NCBI GenBank assembly: GCA_046538485.1
Contig: JBKHIT010000021.1
Location: 1-64,000, forward strand
Source of the DNA: Candidatus Brocadiia bacterium
Lineage (GTDB): Bacteria > Planctomycetota > Brocadiia > SM23-32
Length of the DNA stretch: 64,000 nucleotides
Direction of reading: 5' to 3'
Below are positions 49,282-58,881 of the stretch, in pieces; within the stretch, counting starts at the first letter, position 1, and each line of letters begins with the position of its first letter. The notes beneath the pieces are model-generated. The model had not been told where the DNA came from and made no database searches. It saw nothing but the letters and a program-made list of their open reading frames with translations. A program made the translations under genes and the position numbers.

Positions 49282-50835
49282 TCAGTGCACTCCATGCGCG
49301 AACATTTCGCGTGTCGGGTGGGGGTAATCCTGCAGGATGATCAGATCCATGAGCCGGTCTCGCAACTCTCTCCGCAGATCGCCGTGGTCAGACGAACCCG
49401 CGAGGTTGTGCTGTTCGGCTGGATCCTCCTGAAGATCAAAAAGCTGCTCGCCGGAATCGCCCGGATACATCGTATAGCGATACCGGTCCGTGCAGATCGT
49501 GCGGGCCCAGTGGTGGGGCGAAGCATTGCTGATGCTGTTATAACTCTCCGAATACGCCGCGTCACGTTCCCCGCCGGCTCCCTCGCAGCAGATTGGAAGC
49601 AAAGATTGTCCGGGGAAACGTTCCGGTTCGTCCTGCAAATACGGTCCGAGCACCGGCGGCGACGGTCTTTCCAACCCTGCCATATCGAGGACGGTGGGGA
49701 AGATGTCCTCGAGCTGAACGATTTCCCCTCGATATCCCGTTTCGACACCCGGGCCTGAAATCATGAGGGGGATTCGGATGCACGCGTCGTAGTGATACTC
49801 TTCTTTCCCGGTGAAACCGTGTTCCAGCAGCAGTTCCCCGTGGTCGGCGAGGAAAATAATGTAGGTATTTCCCAACCGTCCGGTTTCCTCGAGTGCATCC
49901 ATCACTTTCCCCAGCTGGTAGTCCAGGTGCGCGATATCAGCGAAGTAATAATGTCGTCGCGTCCGCCAGTTCTCGGGGATCGATCGGGCGCTCTTCCACG
50001 GCGGCAGATCATCAAAAGCCTCCGGACGCAGCGGATCGTCCGGCCATTCGGGAGCGGAAGGCTCTGGGATCAAATCCGGCTCGACAAGATCCATATATTC
50101 GGCTGGAGGGCAGGACGGGCCGTGAGGTTGAACGTAGCTGATATGGGCCAGGAGGGGTTCCGCGGGCTCGGCCCCCCGGATAAAATCGAGCGCATGGTCC
50201 GTGATCCAGTGGGTCTGCGAAATGGCCTCGGGGAAGGGGAGTGTGTATGCCTGGGGCGTGTTCTCGGGGAAATCGTCAGTGGCAAAATCGAACTCGTCCC
50301 GGATTGTTTTGATCCGCGAACTCAGATCTCGCTTTTCGGGTCCGTAACTTTTCAGTTCCGGTATATCGGCGCACCAGATCGTGGCCAGTGCGGATTCAAA
50401 ATGTTCGGCGTGATTCTGCTCGAACCAGTCAAGCCACTCCCCCGCCCGCGGATCCTCCGTGATGTGAGTGACATCAAAACCATACTCGCGATAATCCGGA
50501 TGCACACCGGCGAAATGGGGATGGAGGTGTACTTTGCCGAAAGCTGCCGTACTGTAGCCATCCTTCTGCAGCATTTGCATGAACGTCGGCAGATTCGGAT
50601 CGAGTCTGTAGCCGTTTTGGAGCACGCCGTGTTGCCGGCTGTTCAGGCCCGTTGCCAGCGTCGCCCGGGCGGGCATGCAGACGGGGTTGCTGGTGTAGGC
50701 TTTACTGAAAGTTGCACTGCGGTTACGCAACCGGTCTAAATTCGGTGTTGGGACGCATTTGGTAGCTCCTTCTTCAAGCCAGCGTGCCGAGAGCTGATCG
50801 ACCATGAAAAACACGATATTCGGTTTTTGAGGCAT
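49282..50835 (-). CDS. Formylglycine-dependent sulfatase (no signal peptide)
   Basis: KPNIVFFMVDQ, CMPAR, GKVH, PH, ADHG, GK, LFDLQEDP.E..NL. Confidence 0.93.
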   Translation of the reverse strand: MPQKPNIVFFMVDQLSARWLEEGATKCVPTPNLDRLRNRSATFSKAYTSNPVCMPARATLATGLNSRQHGVLQNGYRLDPNLPTFMQMLQKDGYSTAAFGKVHLHPHFAGVHPDYREYGFDVTHITEDPRAGEWLDWFEQNHAEHFESALATIWCADIPELKSYGPEKRDLSSRIKTIRDEFDFATDDFPENTPQAYTLPFPEAISQTHWITDHALDFIRGAEPAEPLLAHISYVQPHGPSCPPAEYMDLVEPDLIPEPSAPEWPDDPLRPEAFDDLPPWKSARSIPENWRTRRHYYFADIAHLDYQLGKVMDALEETGRLGNTYIIFLADHGELLLEHGFTGKEEYHYDACIRIPLMISGPGVETGYRGEIVQLEDIFPTVLDMAGLERPSPPVLGPYLQDEPERFPGQSLLPICCEGAGGERDAAYSESYNSISNASPHHWARTICTDRYRYTMYPGDSGEQLFDLQEDPAEQHNLAGSSDHGDLRRELRDRLMDLIILQDYPHPTREMFAHGVH

Positions 50836-50873
50836 TTTCAGGTTTCCCGGGTAAAAATCAGGCGGATGGCATT

Positions 50874-52376
50874 TTACGGTTCGATTGGTTCTTCCATTTT
50901 ATGCGCAACTTCAATGGCACGGAGGAGCGCTTTAGCTTTATTGAGCGTTTCTTCGAATTCCCGTTCGGGCACGCTATCGGCGACAATTCCCCCGCCGGCC
51001 TGCACGTAAGCGTCCCGGCCCTGAAGCACAACAGTCCGGATGGTGATACAGGTATCCATATTCCCGCTGAAATCGAAATACCCGACGGCCCCGCCGTAAG
51101 GTCCTCGTTTCGTCGGCTCCAGTTCATCGATGATCTCCATAGCGCGCACTTTTGGTGCTCCGGTAAGCGTACCGGCGGGGATACATGCCATAAGAGCATC
51201 GAGCGCATCGTTATCATCGGTCAGTTCGCCGGTCACATTGGAGACGATGTGCATGACGTGCGAGTAGCGTTCGATGACCATAATTTCATCGGCACGAACG
51301 GTCCCGTACTGACAAACTCTGCCAAGATCGTTTCGGCCAAGATCAACCAGCATCACATGCTCGGCCCGTTCTTTGGGATCAGAGAGCAATTCTTCCGCGA
51401 GTTCTTGATCTTTTTCTTCGCTCTGTCCCCTGGGCCGGGTGCCCGCGATAGGACGGACCGTGGCAGTTCGGTTCTCGACGCGCACCATCACCTCGGGGGA
51501 AGAGCCCACGAGATGGAGGTCATCCATTTTGAGCAAAAACATGTAGGGGGAAGGATTGATAACGCGAAGCGCCCGGTAGATATCCAGCGGCGAAGCGGAA
51601 GTCTGCACGCCGAGTCTCTGGGAAGGGACCACCTGGAAGATATCGCCGGCGCGGATATATTCTTTGCATTTCTCCACTCCCTCCAGATAATCCTGTTTCT
51701 CGAAATTTGACTCGAATGGAATTGTGATTTCGCCCTGAGGCGTAATATCATCACTGAGGTTGCTGACCGGTGTCCGGAGACGCGAAATTAATCGGTCAAT
51801 ACGCGCACAGGCATCATGGTAGGCCGTCTCGGGCTTTTCTCCATCAGTTCGGACACTGCATACGACCTTTATGGTCTTATTGAGGTAATCAAAGATCAAT
51901 ATTTCATCAAAGAACATGTAATAGATATCGGGGATATCTCGATCGTCGGGCGGACAGTCCGGCAGTTCTTCGACGAAACGGACGACATCATAGGCCATGA
52001 ATCCCACGGCACCGCACGAGAAACGTGGCAGGCCCTCTACTGGAGCGAGTTGAAAACGGGAGAGATAATCCCGAAAGACGGGGAATGGATTATCGGTCTG
52101 GATGGTTTCGACATCGTCCCCTTCGCAGATTTCAACGGTATTGCCCTGGGCTTTAAAAAGAGCAAATGGGGAGCTTCCCAGGAAACAATATCGACCGATT
52201 TTTTCGGGACCGCTCGCACTTTCCAGCAGGAAAGCATAATCACCGTCAGCCATTTTTTGGAACGCCGAAACAGGGGTCAGAGTATCGGCCATTAATTGGC
52301 GATAAACCGGGATAACGTTCCCCTGCTGGCTCTTTTCCTTGAACTCACTCAGTCCGGGGCAATACTGTGGTTTCAT
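50874..52376 (-). CDS. trpE: Anthranilate synthase component I
   Basis: LLESA, GDIFQVVPS, NPSPYM, GSSPE, PIAGTR, EHVMLVDLGRND, GAPKVRAM, AGGGIV. Confidence 0.93.
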   Translation of the reverse strand: MKPQYCPGLSEFKEKSQQGNVIPVYRQLMADTLTPVSAFQKMADGDYAFLLESASGPEKIGRYCFLGSSPFALFKAQGNTVEICEGDDVETIQTDNPFPVFRDYLSRFQLAPVEGLPRFSCGAVGFMAYDVVRFVEELPDCPPDDRDIPDIYYMFFDEILIFDYLNKTIKVVCSVRTDGEKPETAYHDACARIDRLISRLRTPVSNLSDDITPQGEITIPFESNFEKQDYLEGVEKCKEYIRAGDIFQVVPSQRLGVQTSASPLDIYRALRVINPSPYMFLLKMDDLHLVGSSPEVMVRVENRTATVRPIAGTRPRGQSEEKDQELAEELLSDPKERAEHVMLVDLGRNDLGRVCQYGTVRADEIMVIERYSHVMHIVSNVTGELTDDNDALDALMACIPAGTLTGAPKVRAMEIIDELEPTKRGPYGGAVGYFDFSGNMDTCITIRTVVLQGRDAYVQAGGGIVADSVPEREFEETLNKAKALLRAIEVAHKMEEPIEP

Positions 52377-52513
52377 AAGCCGAACGCCTTTCCTCTTTGG
52401 GATGCCACAGTTAAAAAGAGTCAACCCTTGCACGCAACCCCTTATTGGGGCTATAACAATAGGTAGATGGAGAAAAGCAAAACATCTTTTCCGCTTTTTG
52501 CAGGAGGTTTCGG

Positions 52514-52840
52514 ATGGCAGCTTACGTTGTAGGCCTGATCACGGGCGCTATTGTCACCATTTTCCCGCTTATTTATGCAATGAGCTTCGACCATTGTCAG
52601 GCTCTGGTTGTCAGTGCCGGCAAAAGTCCCACCGCGCTCGCTCCTTCAGTCTCCCCTGGTTTGGTGACCACCATCACCATTATCGGAGCAGTCGTCTTAC
52701 TTCTGAATGCAGCCATGCTCGCCTTTACGGGACTCAGCAACCTGGGCTTTGCCAGCGGCGAAACTCAAAAACCGGAGGAGTCACCTGATGAAGAACCCGA
52801 CGAATCCGCTGAGACCGAACCTCAGGAACCATCTTTTTGA
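52514..52840 (+). CDS. Small two-TM hypothetical protein
   Basis: GGAGG SD; two hydrophobic segments and an acidic tail. Confidence 0.6.
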   Translation: MAAYVVGLITGAIVTIFPLIYAMSFDHCQALVVSAGKSPTALAPSVSPGLVTTITIIGAVVLLLNAAMLAFTGLSNLGFASGETQKPEESPDEEPDESAETEPQEPSF

Positions 52841-53142
52841 TTCATCCTGTCGGTGCGTGGTCTTTTCCTTCGCGGAAAACCTCGTCCGCAGTGAGGGCAG
52901 CGCCACTTCGGCCTTGGCCGCAGCAGAATAATTCCAAGCATTCCAGCTGCTATCGCGCCCCCCCAGGCCGTATCCAATTGGCCGGGAGGCACAATCCATA
53001 GCAGGCCGACACCAACGAGCAAAAAGGCAACACCGCCCACCCGAAGAAGCCAATCCGCCTCCTCCCTGACAAGCTCTACTTTACAGTCAGGGCATTGCGG
53101 CCATGGATCGATAGACTGATCTTCGGCCTCGGGTTCACTCAA
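52822..53142 (-). CDS. Small membrane protein with two CxxC motifs flanking two TM helices
   Basis: CPDC...TM-TM...CPHC; starts 3 nt after the leuA stop. Confidence 0.65.
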   Translation of the reverse strand: MSEPEAEDQSIDPWPQCPDCKVELVREEADWLLRVGGVAFLLVGVGLLWIVPPGQLDTAWGGAIAAGMLGIILLRPRPKWRCPHCGRGFPRRKRPRTDRMNQKDGS

Positions 53143-53145
53143 TGA

Positions 53146-54717
53146 TCACATCCCGTGGAAACTTTCTGAAATCTCATCACCGTTGCGGCGCGCTTTGGCA
53201 ATTCGATTCACAGCGGCCAGATATGCGCGTGCGCTGGCTTCCAGGATATCGGTGCTGGTAGCGCGGCCCCGCACCGTCATATCGTCCGAAATCACTTCCA
53301 GCGAGACTTCACCCATAGCATCCTTCCCGCCGCTAATCGCTCGGATGGAATAATCCGTTAGGTCACAACTAATACCAGTAATTCTATCGATGGCTTTGTA
53401 TACCGCATCAATGGGCCCATCGCCGGTGCTGGCATCGGTTTGTTTGTTCTCCTCCACTTCAAGCTGAACCGTAGCGGTTGGTATAACACTTGTGCCGCTG
53501 GATATATGGAAAGTAATAAGCTGGAAAATATCGGGGGCTTGTTCGAGTTCTTCTCTCACAAGCGCTTCAACATCGCCGTCGAATATCTTCTTTTTCTTGT
53601 CCGCAAGCGATTTGAACTCCTGGAAAACGCGTTCAAATTTTTCACCCTCGAGTTCAATACCCAGTTCTTCCAATCGTTGTCGGAACGCGTGGCGCCCGCT
53701 GTGCTTTCCGAGAACTAACCTCGTCTTCTCAACGCCAACATCCTCCGGCCGCATGATTTCGTAGGTGCTTTTCTCTTTCAGCATGCCGTCCTGGTGAATA
53801 CCGGCCTCGTGAGCAAATGCATTCTCACCCACGATAGCCTTATTCCGCTGGACCGACAACCCCGTTACATGGCTGACAAGCCGACTGGTTTTCATGATCT
53901 GTTCGGTTCGGATCCCCGTCTCCACGCCAAAAATATCCCTGCGGGTTGCAAGGGCCATCACCACCTCTTCGAGGGAACAATTCCCGGCACGTTCTCCGAT
54001 CCCATTGATCGTGCATTCAACCTGTCGGGCACCCCGGCGCACGGCTTCCAATGAATTTGAAACGCCCAGGCCGAGATCGTTATGGCAGTGCACGCTGATG
54101 ACAGCCTCCCCGATATTTGGGACTTCCTGGACGAGGTTCTCAATCGTTGCGCCGAACTGGGCGGGAATAGCGTAGCCCACAGTATCAGGGATGTTCACCG
54201 TCTTTGCGCCGGCGTCGATAACAGCTTCGACAACTTCTCGAAGAAAATCATGCTCGGTGCGGCTGGCATCTTCCGGGCTAAATTCCACATCCTCGCAGAA
54301 TTTTTTGGCCAGGCGAACGCCTTTGACCGCCAGCTTAAGAATCTCCCCTCTCGCTTTTTTGAGTTTGTGTTTCCGATGAATCTCGCTGGTCGCCAGGAAA
54401 ACGTGTATCCGCGGGTGCTTTGCCTCTTCGAGAGCCTGTGCGGCCCGATCAATGTCCTCAGAGACACAACGCGCAAGTCCGGCAATTACAGGGGTTTCCA
54501 CACTGCGGGACACTTCTTTAACGCTCTCAAAATCGCCTTCCGAAGCGATTGGAAAGCCCGCCTCTATCACATCAACCCCCAATCGCGAAAGCTGTCGTGC
54601 TACGTGGATTTTCTCTTCGATGGTCATGGAACAACCGGGCGCCTGTTCTCCGTCGCGGAGGGTGGTATCAAAAATCGTGACACGGTCGTCTGTTTCACTC
54701 TGGTTTTTTTCACTCAT
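53146..54717 (-). CDS. leuA: 2-isopropylmalate synthase
   Basis: FDTTLRDGEQAPG, HCHNDLG, GIGERAGN, HEAGIHQDG, LGKHSGR, GDGPIDA regulatory domain. Confidence 0.96.
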   Translation of the reverse strand: MSEKNQSETDDRVTIFDTTLRDGEQAPGCSMTIEEKIHVARQLSRLGVDVIEAGFPIASEGDFESVKEVSRSVETPVIAGLARCVSEDIDRAAQALEEAKHPRIHVFLATSEIHRKHKLKKARGEILKLAVKGVRLAKKFCEDVEFSPEDASRTEHDFLREVVEAVIDAGAKTVNIPDTVGYAIPAQFGATIENLVQEVPNIGEAVISVHCHNDLGLGVSNSLEAVRRGARQVECTINGIGERAGNCSLEEVVMALATRRDIFGVETGIRTEQIMKTSRLVSHVTGLSVQRNKAIVGENAFAHEAGIHQDGMLKEKSTYEIMRPEDVGVEKTRLVLGKHSGRHAFRQRLEELGIELEGEKFERVFQEFKSLADKKKKIFDGDVEALVREELEQAPDIFQLITFHISSGTSVIPTATVQLEVEENKQTDASTGDGPIDAVYKAIDRITGISCDLTDYSIRAISGGKDAMGEVSLEVISDDMTVRGRATSTDILEASARAYLAAVNRIAKARRNGDEISESFHGM

Positions 54718-54829
54718 TATTCGAATCTTTCAGATGGAGTCGCCGTTGAACAGGAGAATAATCTTCAGTATCGACCCAAATCCAGTTCGAGCGACGCAGT
54801 CCGCACGGGGCGAACTTTCGTCGCGACAT
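54710..54829 (-). CDS. 39-aa upstream ORF (MSRRKFAPCGLRRSNWIWVDTEDYSPVQRRLHLKDSNNE) overlapping the leuA start
   Basis: Strong GGGAGGAG SD; its TGA lies within leuA ATGAGTGA (8-nt overlap); leuA itself lacks an obvious SD. Confidence 0.5.
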   Translation of the reverse strand: MSRRKFAPCGLRRSNWIWVDTEDYSPVQRRLHLKDSNNE

Positions 54830-54910
54830 ACGCTCCTCCCGGTCTCATGCTATCTGATCTATGATTTTGCTCCACCATTTTCATTCTGCTTCTTGGCGTT
54901 CCAGCTCGCA

Positions 54911-54947
54911 CAAAAAATGCCCTACAGCCTTGAGAGGCCTGCAGGGC
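54911..54947 (-). terminator. Attenuator intrinsic terminator upstream of leuA
   Basis: GCCCUGCA-G-GCCU-CUCA-AGGC-UGUAGGGC followed by AUUUUUUG. Confidence 0.85.
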
Positions 54948-54977
54948 GCGATTCTCTTTCTCCGAAACAGCCAGACC

Positions 54978-55067
54978 CTACCTGCCTCGCTTTGGCCTGG
55001 ACAACCAGAGCGAAGTGAGCCACAGGTTCAAAAGCCACAAACGAGACTGGGTCTGCTCGTTCCTCAT
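54978..55067 (-). CDS. Leader peptide MRNEQTQSRLWLLNLWLTSLWLSRPKRGR (7 Leu, 3 Trp)
   Basis: Manual translation. Lies between the promoter and the terminator; its stop codon is embedded in the antiterminator strand. Confidence 0.8.
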   Translation of the reverse strand: MRNEQTQSRLWLLNLWLTSLWLSRPKRGR

Positions 55068-55076
55068 AACAACCGC

Positions 55077-55105
55077 ATTCTAAGCCAAAAAAACGTGCCC
55101 GTCAA
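55077..55105 (-). promoter_or_regulatory. Sigma70-like promoter of the leuA leader
   Basis: TTGACG-17 nt-TAGAAT; the leader ATG is 9 nt after the -10 box. Confidence 0.7.
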
Positions 55106-55171
55106 GGTCTGATTTACCGGGTACCGGGACGCTGCTGATGATTGTAATGGCATCCGGGAACCCGGGAAAAG

Positions 55172-55900
55172 CTACTCAACGGTTATAACCGTTGAAGCTG
55201 CCCGCTGATAGTCGACAAAACTGATATCGGCGTGTGAGCGGTAACGCCACAGCCAGCCCCGGTCCCATCGTCCGTTTCCATTTAGATCCCGGAATGCTTC
55301 CCCCGGGACGGGGTTGCGGCCGTCCGGGAGGCCGTCGCCGTTCCGATCCCCCCCCGGCAAAACGGGTTCGGGATCGACGAGAAACTTTTTGCTTCCTCCC
55401 GTGCGATCCGATAGATAGCCGTAATATTTCAGCATGAGAGCGCCGCTGTCGACGGGAAGCTTTTGGGTTTCGATCCGGCCAACGTCACCGGGAATATATT
55501 TCACGAACGGCAGAAGGGCGTAGAGGATAAGCACAAAACCGCTGACAACGAGACCGTTGAATACCCCTAAAATTCCTCCTGCCACGGGATCCACTATACG
55601 ATAGGAAGGGAGATCCGGCGATGTAAGCTTTCGTCTGAGTGTTCCTGCCACTCCGACGGTCACGCCGAAAACAGTGGCAAAAACGATCATCCTCATATAA
55701 AGCGGTCCGGGATGGAGTTTGAAACGCGTGATGAGCCCGGTCATAAGACATGTCAATGGATCACACAGGGAAAGAGCCAGCACGAAACCCAGCAAATTGC
55801 GCATCAGCGCATAGACGGAGTCAAAGAACCCTGACGAAATTCCCCCGTAGATCATAATGCCAAAGATAACGAGAAGAAGAAGAATGGCGACGACCTGCAT
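55172..55900 (-). CDS. CvpA family membrane protein
   Basis: Multi-TM; D...GGILGVFNG motif; C-terminal DRNGDG / DLNGNG Ca-loop-like motifs. Confidence 0.75.
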   Translation of the reverse strand: MQVVAILLLLVIFGIMIYGGISSGFFDSVYALMRNLLGFVLALSLCDPLTCLMTGLITRFKLHPGPLYMRMIVFATVFGVTVGVAGTLRRKLTSPDLPSYRIVDPVAGGILGVFNGLVVSGFVLILYALLPFVKYIPGDVGRIETQKLPVDSGALMLKYYGYLSDRTGGSKKFLVDPEPVLPGGDRNGDGLPDGRNPVPGEAFRDLNGNGRWDRGWLWRYRSHADISFVDYQRAASTVITVE

Positions 55901-55917
55901 TTCGGCCCTCCACGGTT

Positions 55918-57630
55918 TTATTTTTTCAATATTCGGCGTATTTCTTTCAGCGTAGTTACCCCTTCCTGCACTTTCAGAAGGGCATCCTGATAAAGTGTTC
56001 TGAGTGCGTCACTGCCGGCTGCTTTTTTTACCGCATCGGCTGAGACGCCTGTTTGTTGCATCACCTGGTGGACTCTGTCATTGAGTATCAGCATCTCGAA
56101 AACACCTGTTTGCCCTTTAAACCCGGTATTCAAACACGCTTCGCAACCGACGGCCCGGAACCATTCGCCGGCATTTTCGGGATCAATATTGAGCTTTTCA
56201 AGCAATTTCGGATTCGGTGCCACCGGTTCCTTACAATCGTCGCAAAGCGTCCGCACGAGACGTTGCGAGACAACACAACTGAGTGTTTTTGCAGCCACGC
56301 CACCGTCCAAACCCTTCACCAGCTGAACGGTAGCTTCCGGAGCCCCGCCCGCCTGGATAGTCCCGATAAAACGCCCCGTGTCGGTCGGGAAATTCAGCAT
56401 CTCCACGACGGCTTTTGTATTGACGATTTCATCCACTGCCAGCACATCCGGTTCCTGCCGCAGAACAGGGGCCAGCGTATTATTCACTTTCTCCGGCGAT
56501 TTCAGGTCGACCTGATGCCTTTGTATTTGGCCCAGTTCATGTTCGAGACGGGACTCAAACGTGTGGACGTCGGTTGTGAAAATGTCGATTTCATTCAGCG
56601 TGGCATGAAACGTTGTCGTTTTGCCTGATCGGGACGGCCCGCTGAACAAAATGCTTCGTCCGGATGTAGCCACCAGCTTTTTTATACGCTGGATCATAGC
56701 TTTGTGCATGCCGAGCGCCTCAAGGCCACCACGATACAGATCTTCCGTCCAATCTGGCATATTGAACACGACGGCGGCTCCGTGCTGCGCTTTGCGTCCT
56801 CTTACCTGTATTGACACGCTTTCACCTCCCTGGATATTGGCTTTAAGTTCCGCGCGGGCTTTCCCTTTTCGCCCGAGCCCCAGGAATTGAGCCACACATG
56901 CCACCACAAGTTTCCCGTAATCCAGATCAAGAGAATCGAATTTCTGCATTACGCCATATAGCCTGAACAGAACCGCGAATTCTTCCTCACCGGGTTCCAA
57001 TCGCATCGCCTCGGCATCAGCCTCACATGCCTCTCCGATTAGATTTTCCAGTGTGTCGGCCGCATCAGCAAAACGTTCTTTTTCAGCGACCCAATCGGAC
57101 AGCTCGCGGCCCGAAGAATCTTCCAGGGAGACCCGAGGGCTCACGCGTGCGGTCGCCGTTCCCCCTGCAGGTCCTTTGACTGAACTCTCGGGCGCACAGA
57201 GCCATTCCGGACCGATACGGAACTGTTCGGGCACTACGGCATTTCGAAGCCAGAGATAATATACAAAAACGCCGCCTACGCCGAGCACGAGTACCAGAAA
57301 GCAAATCGGGTGAAGTAAAAATGTCAGCATGACTCCGAAAAGCCCTGTGCCGACAAAAATTGTACACCATTTTCGGAAACCCATTCCGACGCCCAGAGCA
57401 TCGTCTGCCGCCCAGGCAGAGAGCAACAACCAGCCAAATATGGACGGAGGAATAAGAATTAACCAGAGCGGATGAATATAGAACCCCCCCTGCATTTCAA
57501 GCACCGCTGAAACGTCCCCTCCCAACTCCCCAGCGTAAACGAGCGTGACAAGGCAGAAGAAAACCAAGCCAAAAACAGCGGGTCTAAAAATTTGACCCAG
57601 TTCTTGCTGCCGGTACTGATCTCCGTTCAC
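55918..57630 (-). CDS. GspE/PilB-like secretion ATPase with N-terminal TM helices and degenerate motifs
   Basis: GPSRSGKTTT, LRQEPD, SQRLVRTLC..C, GC..C..TGFKG, E..R; hydrophobic N-terminus. Confidence 0.85.
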   Translation of the reverse strand: MNGDQYRQQELGQIFRPAVFGLVFFCLVTLVYAGELGGDVSAVLEMQGGFYIHPLWLILIPPSIFGWLLLSAWAADDALGVGMGFRKWCTIFVGTGLFGVMLTFLLHPICFLVLVLGVGGVFVYYLWLRNAVVPEQFRIGPEWLCAPESSVKGPAGGTATARVSPRVSLEDSSGRELSDWVAEKERFADAADTLENLIGEACEADAEAMRLEPGEEEFAVLFRLYGVMQKFDSLDLDYGKLVVACVAQFLGLGRKGKARAELKANIQGGESVSIQVRGRKAQHGAAVVFNMPDWTEDLYRGGLEALGMHKAMIQRIKKLVATSGRSILFSGPSRSGKTTTFHATLNEIDIFTTDVHTFESRLEHELGQIQRHQVDLKSPEKVNNTLAPVLRQEPDVLAVDEIVNTKAVVEMLNFPTDTGRFIGTIQAGGAPEATVQLVKGLDGGVAAKTLSCVVSQRLVRTLCDDCKEPVAPNPKLLEKLNIDPENAGEWFRAVGCEACLNTGFKGQTGVFEMLILNDRVHQVMQQTGVSADAVKKAAGSDALRTLYQDALLKVQEGVTTLKEIRRILKK

Positions 57631-57659
57631 ATCGACCTCCGGAATATTATCAAAACCTC

Positions 57660-58775
57660 TCAGTCACCAGATGATGATCGTGACGAGGAAGAGAAGCTAA
57701 TTCCTTTCAATGCCATCTCCAGAGCGTCCTTATTCGGCGCGAACTCGCGTGCAACTTTTTTGGTAACAAAATCCTGCTGGATAAGCTTGACGAAAGAAGT
57801 GGTCCAGCTTTGCATTCCCTCTTCTTCACCTTCCTGTACCAGATCTTCAACCCGGGCATCATCTCCTTCGGCAATCGCTTTGCGGATAGGCGGATTCACC
57901 CACATCATCTCAACCGCCGGAACCCGCTGTACCTCATCACGAAACGATGGTACCAATCGCTGACAGATAATAGCCTTCAAATTGAAGGCCAGAGACTGGC
58001 GGATAAACTTATGCCTCTCAGTGGGGAAAAAATCAAGAATTCGCCCGAAGGTAGCCTTAACGCTGGAAGTATGCATTGTCGTCAAAACAAGATGACCCGT
58101 CTCCGCGGCAGTCAAACAAAGTTTAAAGGTCTCTTGCCCTCGCATTTCGCCGATCAACATCACATCGGGATCCGCGCGGACACCCGCCCTGATTGCTTCG
58201 GGCCAATCATGAAAATCAAGACGGTACTCCCTCTGGTTGATAATACTATTAGCATCTTCGTAGACAAATTCTATTGGATCCTCGAACGTTAATATATTAC
58301 GCCGGTGTTTCTTATTCATTTCATTCAACAGCCACGCAAGTGTTGTCGACTTTCCGACGCCCGTGATACCACATACGAGGCACAACCCCTCGTTGAAATC
58401 CACCATACGCAAAAGATCTTCAGGCAAATGCAGTTCCTCCCGCGAGGGCACAACATTTTCCACGAGTCGAGCAACAAGAGAGATACGCCCTCTCTGCATA
58501 AAAACCGAGACTCTGACCCGGCCACCTTCGAACTCGTGGCCAAAATCCATACTGCCCTGTTCCATAATACGGTCCACTTTTTCGTCGCCCAACCAATCCC
58601 TTGCCAGCGCTTCGATGTGAGCGGCCGACAGCGATTTCCCTTTGAGTCGACGCAGAGTTCCATCAATCCGAAACACCGGTGGGTTCCCTGCTTTCAGATG
58701 CAGATCGCTTGCACCCACGGAAGACATCCGGGAGAAAAGATCGTCGATACGGGGTTCTTCTTCCTCAGCGGCCAT
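57660..58775 (-). CDS. pilT: PilT/PilU family type IV pilus ATPase
   Basis: ASDLHL, RIDG, GITGVGKST, EDPIE, DPDV..IGEMR, AETGHLV.TTMH, GMQ. Confidence 0.9.
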   Translation of the reverse strand: MAAEEEEPRIDDLFSRMSSVGASDLHLKAGNPPVFRIDGTLRRLKGKSLSAAHIEALARDWLGDEKVDRIMEQGSMDFGHEFEGGRVRVSVFMQRGRISLVARLVENVVPSREELHLPEDLLRMVDFNEGLCLVCGITGVGKSTTLAWLLNEMNKKHRRNILTFEDPIEFVYEDANSIINQREYRLDFHDWPEAIRAGVRADPDVMLIGEMRGQETFKLCLTAAETGHLVLTTMHTSSVKATFGRILDFFPTERHKFIRQSLAFNLKAIICQRLVPSFRDEVQRVPAVEMMWVNPPIRKAIAEGDDARVEDLVQEGEEEGMQSWTTSFVKLIQQDFVTKKVAREFAPNKDALEMALKGISFSSSSRSSSGD

Positions 58776-58881
58776 CTGGCTCTCCGCAAGATAATCCCTC
58801 TAAAAATAAGCACAAATGATTCTAATTTCCCGGGTTACGGTTGTCAAGATAGAGATCGGTCCCGGATCGCCCTGGCTGATA

